A stretch of DNA of 64,000 nt, taken from NCBI GenBank assembly GCA_965250285.1, contig OZ252299.1:3936001-4000000 (forward strand), in the 5' to 3' direction. Positions within the stretch are counted from its first letter, which is position 1, and every line of letters starts with the position of its first letter. The notes under the pieces were generated by a model. It worked only from the letters and a program-made list of their open reading frames with translations. It ran no database searches and was not told the DNA's origin. This DNA is from Myxococcota bacterium. Lineage in GTDB: Bacteria > Myxococcota_A > UBA9160 > UBA4427. Positions 37,338 to 47,257 of the stretch are shown one piece after another. Position numbers and translations under genes: made by a program.

Positions 37338-39950
37338 CTACCAGTTGAGCCCGAGTCGCACGCCCCAGGTGCGCGGCGCCTGGAACGAGTCGAGGATCGG
37401 GTTGCCGACCAGATACGAGCTCAGGGTCTTCTGCGCGATCACGTCCTGATCGGTCACGTTGTTGACGAAGCCCTCGAGCGACAGGCGCCGGTCGTTGCTG
37501 CGCCAGGTGAGCGTGAAGTCGAGCAGACCGTACGCGGGCTGGAGATCGGTCGCCGGGTCGTTGACCGCGCGAAAGAACGAGTCGTCCGAGTAGAAGTAGC
37601 GCACAAAGGGCATGATCGAGCCATAGCGCCCGAGGGTCTGCTCGTAGGCGGCTGTGATCGTGAACGTATAGAGCGGTGCGCGCGGAAGCTCGTTGCCCGT
37701 CCAGTCCTGCGGATCGAAGTCGGGGCTGAACGGGTTGCAGGTATCGGGCTCCTCGACGAGACACCCGTTCTCGAAGTCGGTGAACTCGCTCCACGTCAGA
37801 CCGAAGTTGAAGGTCATCAGGAACGTGTCGATCGACAAGTCGGGAATGTCGAGATCGGCCAGCGGGGTGAAAACAGCTTCGAATTCAAAGCCGGTCGCCA
37901 CCGCCGAGTTCGCGTTCTGGGTGACCAGGGCCGTCCCGACGAGCGTCGACACCTGGATGTCGTCCCACAGGTACGCGAAGCCGGTCAGGTTCGCCTGCAG
38001 CTTGTCGTCGAGGAAGCGGTTCCGGCTGCCGATCTCGAACGCGTTGATGCGCTCGGGTTTCGTATCGGGCTGGGGGACCACTTCGCAGCCAGGAGCGCCG
38101 CGCAAGAGCTCGACGGTACCCGGCTTGAAGCCCGAGTGGTATGAGACGTACGCCATGTTCTCATCGGTGTAGCGCCACTCGGCACCGAGCCGACCGATGA
38201 AGCTACCCCAATCGCCGTCGCCCCCGTCGTCGATCGGGATACCGACGCAACTCGGCGGAAGGATGTTGGACGGGAAGTAGGCGTCCGACCCCGTCGTCAC
38301 GAGCGAGCGCGAGCTCCAGTCGTGGCTGTATCGCAGCCCACCGAAGATCGTGACGTCGTCCCAGAGATTCCAGCGTGCGTTGCCGAAGAGCGCAGCCGAG
38401 TGGTTGCGACTGGCCGACCTGGAGGCCGCAGCCGGATACCCTTCATCTGCGTCGCCCGCCGCGACGAAGAAGAGCAGGCCGTTTGCTGCTTCATCCGTCG
38501 AAAGCTGGAAGGCGGTGTTCGTATCGGTCGTCACGTCGTTCTGACTGCCGAAGTAGAACGCACCGACCAGCCACTCGAGCGACATCCCATCGATCGGCAA
38601 CGGCGACTCCGCTTCGAAGCTCGCCTCGGCGACCCATTCCGACCGATCGCCCTTGATGTCGGTCGCGATCAGCGGGAATGGCCCCGGAGGTTCTCCAAGT
38701 ACCGGACTCCCGATCGAGGGCGCATTGCTGAAGTCGAGATCACCCTGGCCCGCCTGGTCACTGTACTGATAGCCGCCGAAGATCGTGAACTGTGCGTTCT
38801 CGGTACCGGGGAGGTCGTCGAGCGCGGCAACGAACGTCGAGTTGACCATGATGAAGTTTCGATCGTTCTGCGTGGGCGAATCGAGATAGATCTGCCTCGG
38901 GTCGGTCGGATTGGGCTGCGGCGCATTGTTGTAGATGAAGACGTTGATCGGCTCGCCGTCGACCGGGTTCGTGAGCAACGGCACACCTTGCGGGTACTCG
39001 CCATTGATCTTGAGACCGATTCCGTTCGAACGATCGCGCACATAGGTCGCACGGGTGATCCAATCGATATTGTCATTGGGCTGCACCCGCACCTGACCGC
39101 GGATCGCCATGGTGCGGTCGTCGTCGAGATCGCCGCTCCTCACGTCGCTCGCGAGGTTCTCCATGAAGCCGTAGCGCCGATTGACGATGCCGCTCGCGCG
39201 GATCGCGATCTTGTCGTCGACGATCGGCACGTTGAGCACACCGCGAATGCGACGCTCGTGATAGCTGCCGACCTGGATGTCGCCGAACGCCTCGAAGTCG
39301 AAGCTGGGCGGATTGGTGAGCACGTTGAGAGCGCCGGCGTTTGCATTGCGCCCGTACTCGGTGCCGGTGGGGCCGCGCAGCACCTCGACACCCTCGAGGT
39401 CGAAGAACGCGATGCCCGAGGCGGTGTACGGGTTCTCCTGATAGATGCCGTCGATGTGAAAGGCGGTCGCGCTCGAGCCACCGAGCGACTGAATGCCGCG
39501 AATCGTGAAGCTCGCGGCGCCGATCACCTCGTTGTACTGGAAGTTGGGGATGCTGGGCGCGAGGTCTTCGAAGGTCTGGATGTTGGCCGTATCGAGCTGC
39601 TGCATGTCGAAGGTCGAGACGGCGAGCGGCGTCTCCTGCAGGTTGCCCTGCCGCTTGGTGCCGCGAACGCGCACCTCTTCGATGCTGTCGTCGTCGACGA
39701 GCTGGCCCTCGGGCCCGGGCTCGTCGGGCAGCGGCTCGGCATCGAGCGGTAGCTCTTCTTCGTACTGCTCGGCCGTGTCGAAGTCGAAGTCGTCGCCGGC
39801 GTCTTCGATGACGTCTTCGGCGGCCGAGCTCGCATCGCCTTCGGCGGGTGCTTCGTCTTCCTGCGCCGCGGCCGCGGTCGCGATGGCCAGGGCACAGACC
39901 GCGCCCATTAGAAGAAAGATTCCCCGCCGAATGCGCTCGATCGATGTCAC
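37338..39950 (-). CDS. TonB-dependent receptor
   Basis: Signal peptide, TonB box IEEVRVRG, plug motifs LQETPLAVS and VEVLRGPTGTEYGRNA..G, C-terminal PRTWGVRLGLNW. Start uncertain (GTG 39950). Confidence 0.92.
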   Translation of the reverse strand: MTSIERIRRGIFLLMGAVCALAIATAAAAQEDEAPAEGDASSAAEDVIEDAGDDFDFDTAEQYEEELPLDAEPLPDEPGPEGQLVDDDSIEEVRVRGTKRQGNLQETPLAVSTFDMQQLDTANIQTFEDLAPSIPNFQYNEVIGAASFTIRGIQSLGGSSATAFHIDGIYQENPYTASGIAFFDLEGVEVLRGPTGTEYGRNANAGALNVLTNPPSFDFEAFGDIQVGSYHERRIRGVLNVPIVDDKIAIRASGIVNRRYGFMENLASDVRSGDLDDDRTMAIRGQVRVQPNDNIDWITRATYVRDRSNGIGLKINGEYPQGVPLLTNPVDGEPINVFIYNNAPQPNPTDPRQIYLDSPTQNDRNFIMVNSTFVAALDDLPGTENAQFTIFGGYQYSDQAGQGDLDFSNAPSIGSPVLGEPPGPFPLIATDIKGDRSEWVAEASFEAESPLPIDGMSLEWLVGAFYFGSQNDVTTDTNTAFQLSTDEAANGLLFFVAAGDADEGYPAAASRSASRNHSAALFGNARWNLWDDVTIFGGLRYSHDWSSRSLVTTGSDAYFPSNILPPSCVGIPIDDGGDGDWGSFIGRLGAEWRYTDENMAYVSYHSGFKPGTVELLRGAPGCEVVPQPDTKPERINAFEIGSRNRFLDDKLQANLTGFAYLWDDIQVSTLVGTALVTQNANSAVATGFEFEAVFTPLADLDIPDLSIDTFLMTFNFGLTWSEFTDFENGCLVEEPDTCNPFSPDFDPQDWTGNELPRAPLYTFTITAAYEQTLGRYGSIMPFVRYFYSDDSFFRAVNDPATDLQPAYGLLDFTLTWRSNDRRLSLEGFVNNVTDQDVIAQKTLSSYLVGNPILDSFQAPRTWGVRLGLNW

Positions 39951-40323
39951 GAGTGGCTGCTTCCCTTTAGTCGCTTGCCCGCAGGCTCTCGAGCGCATCG
40001 CGCTCGCGCGGGGTGGCTTCGCTGGCTCGTCGATCTGCTTCGTCGACGCTCGAGTCTTCGACCACCACCACTCGTCTCGCATCGTGCGTCATGCACACCT
40101 CGACGACTGCCCGGCCCGCTGCGTCCGAACACGCAGCGCCGCGCCCCATGCAAACATTTTGCTGGAGTCGAAGCCGGCGCCGGTCTAATCTGACCGGCAC
40201 CGAACGGGGCGCGTCCTTCGATCCTCGCATCTCAGACGCGGGGTTGTCGAGAGTCAATCGAGCCATCGACGGCGCTCGCGTTCGAACAAAGCCCTGATAC
40301 GGACGTTCGAACCGTCTGCCGCG

Positions 40324-40368
<45 letters not shown>

Positions 40369-40488
40369 ACGGAAGGCAGAGACAGTGCGTGTGAGTCGCC
40401 CCGGCGTGCTAAACGACCGTTCTCGGCGGCGTGCCCAAGAAGACGGGCGAGATGTGAACGAGGTGTGTTGGAAGTGGAGCAGTCCGGC

Positions 40489-40791
40489 TTGAAAACGACG
40501 ATTCTACGAAGCGCGACGAAGCCTTTCGCAGCACTCGCGGCTGCGACGTGCGTTCTGTTCGCCGGCAGCGCCGCCGCCGAGCCCCAGAACGAAGCCGACC
40601 GAATTGGCGGCATCGTCTATGACGTGGGTGTCCTGCGCACCACGGGCCTGCTCAAGCTGGTGATCGGCTCGGCACTGTGGGTGCCGGCCTACCCCATGTC
40701 GCTCGGCAGCGAGCAGAACCCGCAGGTGACCGAGAGCCTGGTGACCGAGCCCGCCCGCGACACGTTCCAGCGCCCGCTCGGCGACTTCTAG
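40489..40791 (+). CDS. Small exported/membrane protein (conserved hypothetical)
   Basis: GGAG RBS then TTG; signal peptide ending SAAA; D..VLR..G..V.G...P...LV.EPA..TF.RPLGDF pattern. Confidence 0.65.
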   Translation: MKTTILRSATKPFAALAAATCVLFAGSAAAEPQNEADRIGGIVYDVGVLRTTGLLKLVIGSALWVPAYPMSLGSEQNPQVTESLVTEPARDTFQRPLGDF

Positions 40792-40878
40792 GGCTTCGAA
40801 GCAGGGCGAAGGACTAGGGCTTCGTACTAGGGATTCCAACCAAGCCTTTCGACCAGGCCTTCCAACCAGGGCTTCCAA
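40788..40878. repeat. Degenerate 13-bp tandem repeat, 7 copies
   Basis: CTAGGGCTTCGAA GCAGGGCGAAGGA CTAGGGCTTCGTA CTAGGGATTCCAA CCAAGCCTTTCGA CCAGGCCTTCCAA CCAGGGCTTCCAA. Confidence 0.8.
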
Positions 40879-41022
40879 CCCGACTGTCCATCCACGACGC
40901 GCTTCGACGCATCGCGGCGACGCGCGGCACAGGGCGCGCTGGTGCGTTCGTGCATCTGCCCCGGTGGTTCGGCCGCGCTCGGCGTTCACCCTGTGGGCGA
41001 ATCCGAACGTTCACTTCGCTCG

Positions 41023-41550
41023 TCAGGCGGCGACGACCCGCTCGCGCCACGAACGCGACAGATCCGAGAGCACGGCGGGGTGGGCCATGATCGCCTCCCA
41101 CGTCGCATCGCAACCGACGCGCTTCGCAGCGGCGATGCGGGTCGACACGACCGCTTCGGCCAGCGTCCCGCAGTCGGCCGAGGCGAGGCCCAGATCTTCG
41201 ACCAGGAAGTCACGGAAACGCGCCGGGATCTGCTGCAGCTCGGGCAGCTCTTTCAGCAGCGCCGGGCCGTGTCGCGTGGCGTGCTTGAAGTCGACGTCGC
41301 CCCCATCGTCGATCACACGGTCGAGCAGACCGACCGCTTTCATCGGCACCCCGATCATCACGAAGAGCGCATGCATCGCCTCGCGCGGCGTGGAGAAGCG
41401 CTGGCCGGTGCAGATTTCGATGAAGCGATGCACGCGCACCGAGTCGAGACCATCAGGCAGCTCGAGTCGACCGTCATCGTCGAGACCGATGCCCGCACCG
41501 ACGAAGGCCCCCATCACCTTGTTCACGACTTTGCGCACGACGACGTTCAT
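41023..41550 (-). CDS. Hypothetical protein
   Basis: 175-aa ORF from MNVVVRKVV with genome-typical codon usage and no recognised motif. Confidence 0.6.
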   Translation of the reverse strand: MNVVVRKVVNKVMGAFVGAGIGLDDDGRLELPDGLDSVRVHRFIEICTGQRFSTPREAMHALFVMIGVPMKAVGLLDRVIDDGGDVDFKHATRHGPALLKELPELQQIPARFRDFLVEDLGLASADCGTLAEAVVSTRIAAAKRVGCDATWEAIMAHPAVLSDLSRSWRERVVAA

Positions 41551-41669
41551 GGCGGCGCAAGCTAGCCGAGCGATCGATCTCGAACGTCGGCGACCGTCGG
41601 ACGCGACCACGTCGAACGACCGATTCAGCCGTCACGGCGAAGTGAGTGCAGCCCCCGCGTGGATCTGAC

Positions 41670-42995
41670 TCACGGTCCGCTGAAGGTCTTTCCCATCGCC
41701 GGTCGCTCGAGGTAGTCGCGCTTCGGGTCGTAGTCGAGCGCACCCTGATCGCTCCAGTAGGCCAGCTCGGCTCGACCGACCACGAACCAGTGCACCTCGT
41801 CGGGCCCGTCGGCCAGGCGCAGCGTTCGCTGCCCGGCGTACATGTCCGAGAGCGGCGTCCACTGCGAGACGCCCGTCGCACCGTGCACCTGGATCGCTTC
41901 GTCGATGATGTGGCAGACGCGCACCGGCACCATCGCCTTGACTGCACTCACCCAGACGCGGGCCTCGGCGTTGCCGAGCACGTCCATCGCCTTCGCCGCC
42001 TTGAGCACCATCATGCGCATCGCTTCGATCTCGATGCGCGACTTCGCGATCGTCTCGGTGTTGCGACCGAGGTGTGCGACGCGCTTGCCGAAGGCTTCAC
42101 GGGCGAGACCGCGCTTGGCCATGAGGCCGAGGGCGCGCTCGGCGGCGCCGATCGAACGCATGCAGTGGTGGATCCGGCCCGGGCCGAGTCGCACCTGCGA
42201 GATCTCGAAGCCGCGACCCGCGCCCAGCAGCACATTCTCTTTCGGCACGCGGCAGTCGTTGAAGCGCAGGTGCATGTGGCCGTGGGGCGCATCGTCCTTG
42301 CCGAACACGTGCATGCCGCCGAGGATCTCGACGCCCGGCGTATGCATCGGCACGAGGATCTGCGACTGCTGCTGATGCGGCGGCGCATCGGGGTTGGTCT
42401 TGACCATCACGATCATGATCTTGCAGCGCGGATCGCCGGCGCCCGAGATGTAGTACTTCTCGCCGTTGATCACCCACTCGTCACCGACGAGCACCGCTTC
42501 GCACGAGATGTTCTTCGCGTCGGACGACGGAATGTCGGGCTCGGTCATCGCGTAGGCCGAGCGAATCTCGCCGTTCAGCAGCGGCTCGAGCCACTCCTTC
42601 TTCTGCTCGGGCGTGCCGACGCGCTCGAGCACCTCCATGTTGCCCGTGTCGGGTGCCGAGCAGTTCAGGCACTCACTCGCGATCGGGTTCTTGCCGAGCT
42701 CGGCGGCGATGTAGGCGTAGTCGAGGTTCGAGAGCCCCTCACCGGTGTCGGCGTCGGGCAGGAAGAAGTTCCAGAGCCCCGAAGCCTTGGCCTTGGCCTT
42801 CACCCCGTCGAGCAGCTCGAGCTGGCCCGGCGCCCACGACCAGCGATCGTCGCGCCCTTCGCCAAGCTGATGGAACTCGAGCGTGATCGGCTCGACTTCG
42901 TCGCGAATGAAGGCCGTGACCCGGTCGAAGAGCGGCCGTGCGCCCTCCGACATCCTCAGGTCGTTCATCTCCGGCGTGGTCACGAGACCCGACAT
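41670..42995 (-). CDS. Acyl-CoA dehydrogenase (FadE2/ACAD10-11 type)
   Basis: NCSAPDTGNMEVL, AMTEPD..SSDA, RLGPGRIHHCMR, LRLADGPDEVH. Confidence 0.92.
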   Translation of the reverse strand: MSGLVTTPEMNDLRMSEGARPLFDRVTAFIRDEVEPITLEFHQLGEGRDDRWSWAPGQLELLDGVKAKAKASGLWNFFLPDADTGEGLSNLDYAYIAAELGKNPIASECLNCSAPDTGNMEVLERVGTPEQKKEWLEPLLNGEIRSAYAMTEPDIPSSDAKNISCEAVLVGDEWVINGEKYYISGAGDPRCKIMIVMVKTNPDAPPHQQQSQILVPMHTPGVEILGGMHVFGKDDAPHGHMHLRFNDCRVPKENVLLGAGRGFEISQVRLGPGRIHHCMRSIGAAERALGLMAKRGLAREAFGKRVAHLGRNTETIAKSRIEIEAMRMMVLKAAKAMDVLGNAEARVWVSAVKAMVPVRVCHIIDEAIQVHGATGVSQWTPLSDMYAGQRTLRLADGPDEVHWFVVGRAELAYWSDQGALDYDPKRDYLERPAMGKTFSGP

Positions 42996-43137
42996 CGAGC
43001 TTCCTCCTGGACATGCGGTCGCGCGCGAAGCGGCGCGAGAAACGGGCCCTCGACTGTAGCAGCGGGCCGGCCCGGGGTTCGGCGTGCCTCGCCTGCGTGT
43101 GCGCCCGGCGGCGCGCGTCCAGATCGGGCCGCCCCCG

Positions 43138-43920
43138 CTAGCGCCCCTCGAAACGCGGCGCCCGGCGCTCGCCCATCGCCCGCGTGCCCTCGGCGAAGTC
43201 GGCCGTCTGACGCAGCCGATCCTGCTCGCGCTGCTCGTGGTCGGTCGCCGCGCGAATCTCCGCCGCCAGCCCGCCGCGAAGCGTCTCGCGAATCGAGGCC
43301 ACCGCGAGCGGCGCCGACCCGGCGATCTCGACCGCCAGCGAGTGCGCCGCGTCGCGCAGATCGGCCTGCGGAACCAGCCGGTCGCACAAGCCGATCGCGT
43401 GGGCCTCGTCGCCCTTCACCCGGCGACCCGTGTAGAGCAGCTCGGCCGCGACCTGCGGGCCGACCAGCCTCGGCAGAGTCACGGTGAGCCCGAACCCTTG
43501 GTGAAAGCCGAGACGGGCGAAGTTCGCGCTGAATCGCGCCTCAGGCGCGGCGACGCGGAAGTCGGGCATCAGCGCCAGGCCGAGCCCACCGCCGATCGCC
43601 GCTCCCTGCACCGCGGCGACGACCGGCGTCTTCGTTTCGAAGAGCCGCACCGCAGCGTCGTACAGATGGCGACCGGCGCCGTCGCGGTCGGCCGGGCGCC
43701 CCGAACCGAAGTCGGCGCCCGCACAGAAGTGGCGGCCTTCCGAGGCGAGTACGACCGCCCTGCAGCGCTCGTCTGCGTCGAGCGCCTCGATCGCTTCGGC
43801 CAGTGCATCGATCAGCGCGAGGTCGAAGAAGTTGTTGGGCCCGCGCTGAATCTCGGCCAGCGCCACGAAGTCGTCGCCGAGCTCGACCGCGACGTCACCG
43901 AACCGGCCGAACTCGCTCAT
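43138..43920 (-). CDS. Enoyl-CoA hydratase/isomerase family
   Basis: HFCAGADF, AVQGAAIGGG. Start at MSEFGRF overlaps the upstream stop. Confidence 0.9.
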   Translation of the reverse strand: MSEFGRFGDVAVELGDDFVALAEIQRGPNNFFDLALIDALAEAIEALDADERCRAVVLASEGRHFCAGADFGSGRPADRDGAGRHLYDAAVRLFETKTPVVAAVQGAAIGGGLGLALMPDFRVAAPEARFSANFARLGFHQGFGLTVTLPRLVGPQVAAELLYTGRRVKGDEAHAIGLCDRLVPQADLRDAAHSLAVEIAGSAPLAVASIRETLRGGLAAEIRAATDHEQREQDRLRQTADFAEGTRAMGERRAPRFEGR

Positions 43921-45098
43921 CGCGGCAGCCCGACGAGCTGACGCGCGACGATCATCCGCTGGATCTGACCCGTCCCCTCGACGATGTCCATCGCCTTGAC
44001 GTCGCGGTAGAGCTTCTCGATCAGGTGATCGCCCCGCGCACCCACGAGCCCGAGGATCTCCATGCCGAGTCCCGTCGCCTGTTGTGCGATCTGGGCGGCG
44101 AGCGCCTTCGACATCGACGCCTCGACGATGTTGGGTCGCTCCTCGTCGGCGAGCCATACGGCGCGCAGACACACGAGCCGCGCCTTGCGCACCATGCGCG
44201 AAATGGCCTCGATGCGATCGCGTACGCGCGCATCACCGAGCAGGTCGTGCTCGCACGCGAAGGCGATCGACTCGTCGAGCGCCGCGCGCGCCATCCCCAC
44301 TGCGTTCGCGGCGATGATCGGTCGACCCGCATTGAATGTGCGCATCGCCGTCTTGAACCCGGCACTGCTCTCGTAGCGGGCCTCGCCGCCAAGGAGGTTC
44401 GCCGCGGGCACGCGGACGTCGGTCAGGGTGAACGACGTCGACTCGTACGCCTTGAGTCCCATCTTCTTCTCGATGTGAAAGCCGCCGAGCCCCGGGGTGC
44501 CCTGTTCGACGAAGAAGGCGCGCTGCGCAGACCGCCCCTTCTCGGGGTCGAGGGTCGCCTGCACGAGGATCCAGTCGGACCGCGAGGCTGCGCCGATGAA
44601 GCACTTCGCGCCGTTCAGGATCCAACCGTCGCCATCCTTGCGGGCCAGGGTCGCGATCGCCGCGGCATCGGAGCCCGCGCCCGGCTCGGTCATCGCGAAG
44701 CACGCCCAGCGCGGCCGCTTCGGCTCGATGAACGGGCCCAGGTAGCGTTCCTTCTGGTCGTCGGTGCCGATGGCGAGCACGTTCGTCTCGGGCAGCCCGG
44801 GGCCGGGCGTCGCGTTGATGACGCCGCGATCCCAGTACGCGAGCTCTTCGGCGACGAGCATGGTCGAAACGATCGACGTCGCCTTCGCGTCGCTGCGGCT
44901 CGGGGGCGGCACGCCGAGGCCCGGCCACCGCGTGCGCCCTTCACCGCGCTCGATGCAGCGGTCGAAGAAAGCGTGATCGACGGGCAGCGGGGCCCCGTTT
45001 CGGTCGGCTTCGAGGCCGGCCGGACGGTACTCGCGGGCGCCGAGCTCCCGGGCGGCCTCGATCTTCTCGCGGGTCGCGTCGTCGATGTGCAGATCCAT
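43917..45098 (-). CDS. Acyl-CoA dehydrogenase (FadE23-like catalytic subunit)
   Basis: FAMTEPGAGSD, LNGAKCFI, DVKAMDIVEGTGQIQ. Confidence 0.9.
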   Translation of the reverse strand: MDLHIDDATREKIEAARELGAREYRPAGLEADRNGAPLPVDHAFFDRCIERGEGRTRWPGLGVPPPSRSDAKATSIVSTMLVAEELAYWDRGVINATPGPGLPETNVLAIGTDDQKERYLGPFIEPKRPRWACFAMTEPGAGSDAAAIATLARKDGDGWILNGAKCFIGAASRSDWILVQATLDPEKGRSAQRAFFVEQGTPGLGGFHIEKKMGLKAYESTSFTLTDVRVPAANLLGGEARYESSAGFKTAMRTFNAGRPIIAANAVGMARAALDESIAFACEHDLLGDARVRDRIEAISRMVRKARLVCLRAVWLADEERPNIVEASMSKALAAQIAQQATGLGMEILGLVGARGDHLIEKLYRDVKAMDIVEGTGQIQRMIVARQLVGLPR

Positions 45099-46196
45099 CT
45101 AGAGCGCGCCTCCGCGACCCGGCGCGAGCGGATGAAGCTCGCTGCAGAGCGCCCGCCCCGCGTCGTCGATCGCCGCGTCATAGCCGCCGCACGCCAGACC
45201 GAGCGCGCGCGCCTCGCGCATGTGCTTCTCGACGGGATAGTCGGCCATGAACCCGTGGCCGCCGAGGATCTGCACGCCGTTCGGCCCGACGAGTCGCGAC
45301 ACCTCGATGCACTCGGCCCACGCCGACGCCGCCTCGGCGTGACACGGCAGCCCCTGGTCGACGCGCCACGCTGCATCGTGCACCACGAGCCGAGCGGCAT
45401 CGAGGGCCATACGCATGTCGACGATCAGAAACGCCAGCGCCTGGTGATGACCGATCGGTCGGCCGAATGCCTGGCGATCCTGAGCATACGCGGCCGAGAA
45501 GTCGCACGCGGCCCGCATCACGCCGAGCAGCAGCGACGCGTGATACAGCCGCGCCCGGGCGCGGGCGCGCACGACGCCTTCACCGTTCTCGAAGCGGGCG
45601 GCGATGGGTGCGGCTTCTGCGCGCAGCGCCCCACCCCCGGCCGCGCGCAGCCCGGCACCGCGCACCGGTTCGATCTCGAAGCCATCGCGCACGAGCAGCG
45701 CTTCGTCGTCGCGCAAGACGACCACCGCCTGTGCGGCCGAGGCGGGGACGTAGGGCACGTCGAGCCGGATCGCGTCGCCCACGCGCTCGACGGCGCCGTC
45801 CTCTTCGAGCACCAGAAGTGCGCGATCGTCGTCGGCCGACAGAGCGTCGACGAGTGCGGCCGTGGCGTCGGCTCCCCCGACTTCGAGCAGCGCCGTCGCG
45901 GCCGGGCCGAGTCGATCGAGCGAGACCGCCGCGCCGACGTCGCCCGCAGCGAGCTCTTCGTTCACGAGTGCGCGGGCGAGACTGCCCAAGCCGGCTCCGC
46001 CCAGCTCGGCGGGCAGCTCGAGCGCGGCGAGACCGATCTCTTCGAACGCTGCGCGCAGGCCGGGATCGACGGCGCGCGCGCGCTCGGCCTCGCGCAGCCC
46101 GGGCACGAGCGCCTCGGCAGCGAGCTTGCGAACCGTGTCGACGACGAGCTCGAGCTCGGCGTCGAACGCGAGGGTGAGAGTCGGAGCGTGCGCCAC
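45099..46196 (-). CDS. Acyl-CoA dehydrogenase-like protein (FadE24-like partner subunit)
   Basis: EELAAGD, DRQAFGRPI, VQILGGHGF..DYPVEK..R. Lacks the TEP..GSD and EGT motifs. Confidence 0.8.
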   Translation of the reverse strand: MAHAPTLTLAFDAELELVVDTVRKLAAEALVPGLREAERARAVDPGLRAAFEEIGLAALELPAELGGAGLGSLARALVNEELAAGDVGAAVSLDRLGPAATALLEVGGADATAALVDALSADDDRALLVLEEDGAVERVGDAIRLDVPYVPASAAQAVVVLRDDEALLVRDGFEIEPVRGAGLRAAGGGALRAEAAPIAARFENGEGVVRARARARLYHASLLLGVMRAACDFSAAYAQDRQAFGRPIGHHQALAFLIVDMRMALDAARLVVHDAAWRVDQGLPCHAEAASAWAECIEVSRLVGPNGVQILGGHGFMADYPVEKHMREARALGLACGGYDAAIDDAGRALCSELHPLAPGRGGAL

Positions 46197-46506
46197 GGGA
46201 GACCTTTCGATTCGAGGGACGGGCGAAGCGTAGACCGTCGAGAGGCGCTGCCAGAACGCGCGGCGACCCCGGCCAATCTTTCGCTCGACTCTCTCGACCG
46301 CTTTTAGGAAAAGTCACTGATCCGAAAAGAGACGTCGGCCGAGCCGCAAGGGCGGCATGAGGCGCGGCGCCAAGCCTCTGTTTTTAAAGCGCTTTCGGGT
46401 TGGCTCCCACGGCCGGCCCCCCCATTTGGGAGGGGTGATCTAGGCTCGCGAGAGGCGGGACAGCCGCCGACGCATCCGGGCCGCCCGCCCGAGCAGGCTG
46501 GCATCC

Positions 46507-47175
46507 ATGAGCGGCAGCGACGACGACGGATCAGAAGCCGGGAACCACGCGCCGCCGAGGCGCGGTCGCGGCCGCCCGGCCACCCCGCCCGAAGAGCTGC
46601 GGGCGCGCCTGATCGACGCTGCCGAGCGCCGCTTCGAGGCGGCCCCCTTCGAAGACGTCGGCGTGATGGAGATCGTCCGCGAAGCGAAGATGTCGTCGCG
46701 TTCGTTCTACCGGTTCTTCGAGAACAAGGCCGACATCGCGCTCGCCCTGGCGCGGGAGCGCGCCGAGACCTTCATCACCGACATGCGGCAGATCGTCGAA
46801 ACCTCGTCGACGACCCACGAGATGGTCGACCGCATCCTGATGGCCTACCTGCGCGATCTACCGATGGTCGTCGCCGATCTGCAGCGCGTTCCGCCGTCGA
46901 CGAGTCAGCACATCGAAGGGATCCTCGACGAGTATCGTGGGCGGATCGCCGATGTGATCGTCGCCGAGCTCGACCGCACCCTCGCGTCGCGGCACGGCGC
47001 GACGCGACCCGACCCGATGGCCGTGCTGCTCGTGATCGCCGGGATCGAAGGCATGTCGATCCGCTACAACACCCGACGACGCCGCGAAGATCTCGTCGCG
47101 CTGCATCCCCAGATCCTCGCGGCCATTCGCAGCATCTTCGGTGAGTGGGTCAACGAGAATCAGCCGATTCGCTGA
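46507..47175 (+). CDS. TetR/AcrR family transcriptional regulator
   Basis: RGRP, LIDAAERRF, EIVREAKMSSRSFYRFFENK HTH. Divergent from the ACAD operon. Confidence 0.88.
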   Translation: MSGSDDDGSEAGNHAPPRRGRGRPATPPEELRARLIDAAERRFEAAPFEDVGVMEIVREAKMSSRSFYRFFENKADIALALARERAETFITDMRQIVETSSTTHEMVDRILMAYLRDLPMVVADLQRVPPSTSQHIEGILDEYRGRIADVIVAELDRTLASRHGATRPDPMAVLLVIAGIEGMSIRYNTRRRREDLVALHPQILAAIRSIFGEWVNENQPIR

Positions 47176-47257
47176 CGCGTCGCGCGTCATCCGCCCCCGC
47201 GCCGAGGTCGAGCCGCCTACACTCGAGGCATCGCCCACTCGTCGATGGAGACCCGAC

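Noticed and set aside
40140..40213. tRNA or tRNA-Sec (TTCGACTCC on the minus strand inside an 8-bp outer stem)
   Set aside because: There is no paired T-arm, D-arm, anticodon arm or CCA end. It is kept only as a candidate structured RNA.
40788..40878. 13-bp repeats as a mini-CRISPR or iterons
   Set aside because: The units are contiguous, too short and degenerate, with no spacers and no rep or cas gene.
46320..46440. Hairpins in the ACAD/TetR intergenic region (GCCGC-AAGG-GCGGC and others) as an ncRNA
   Set aside because: Short GC stems are expected by chance here and match no known motif. A divergent promoter region is the simpler explanation.
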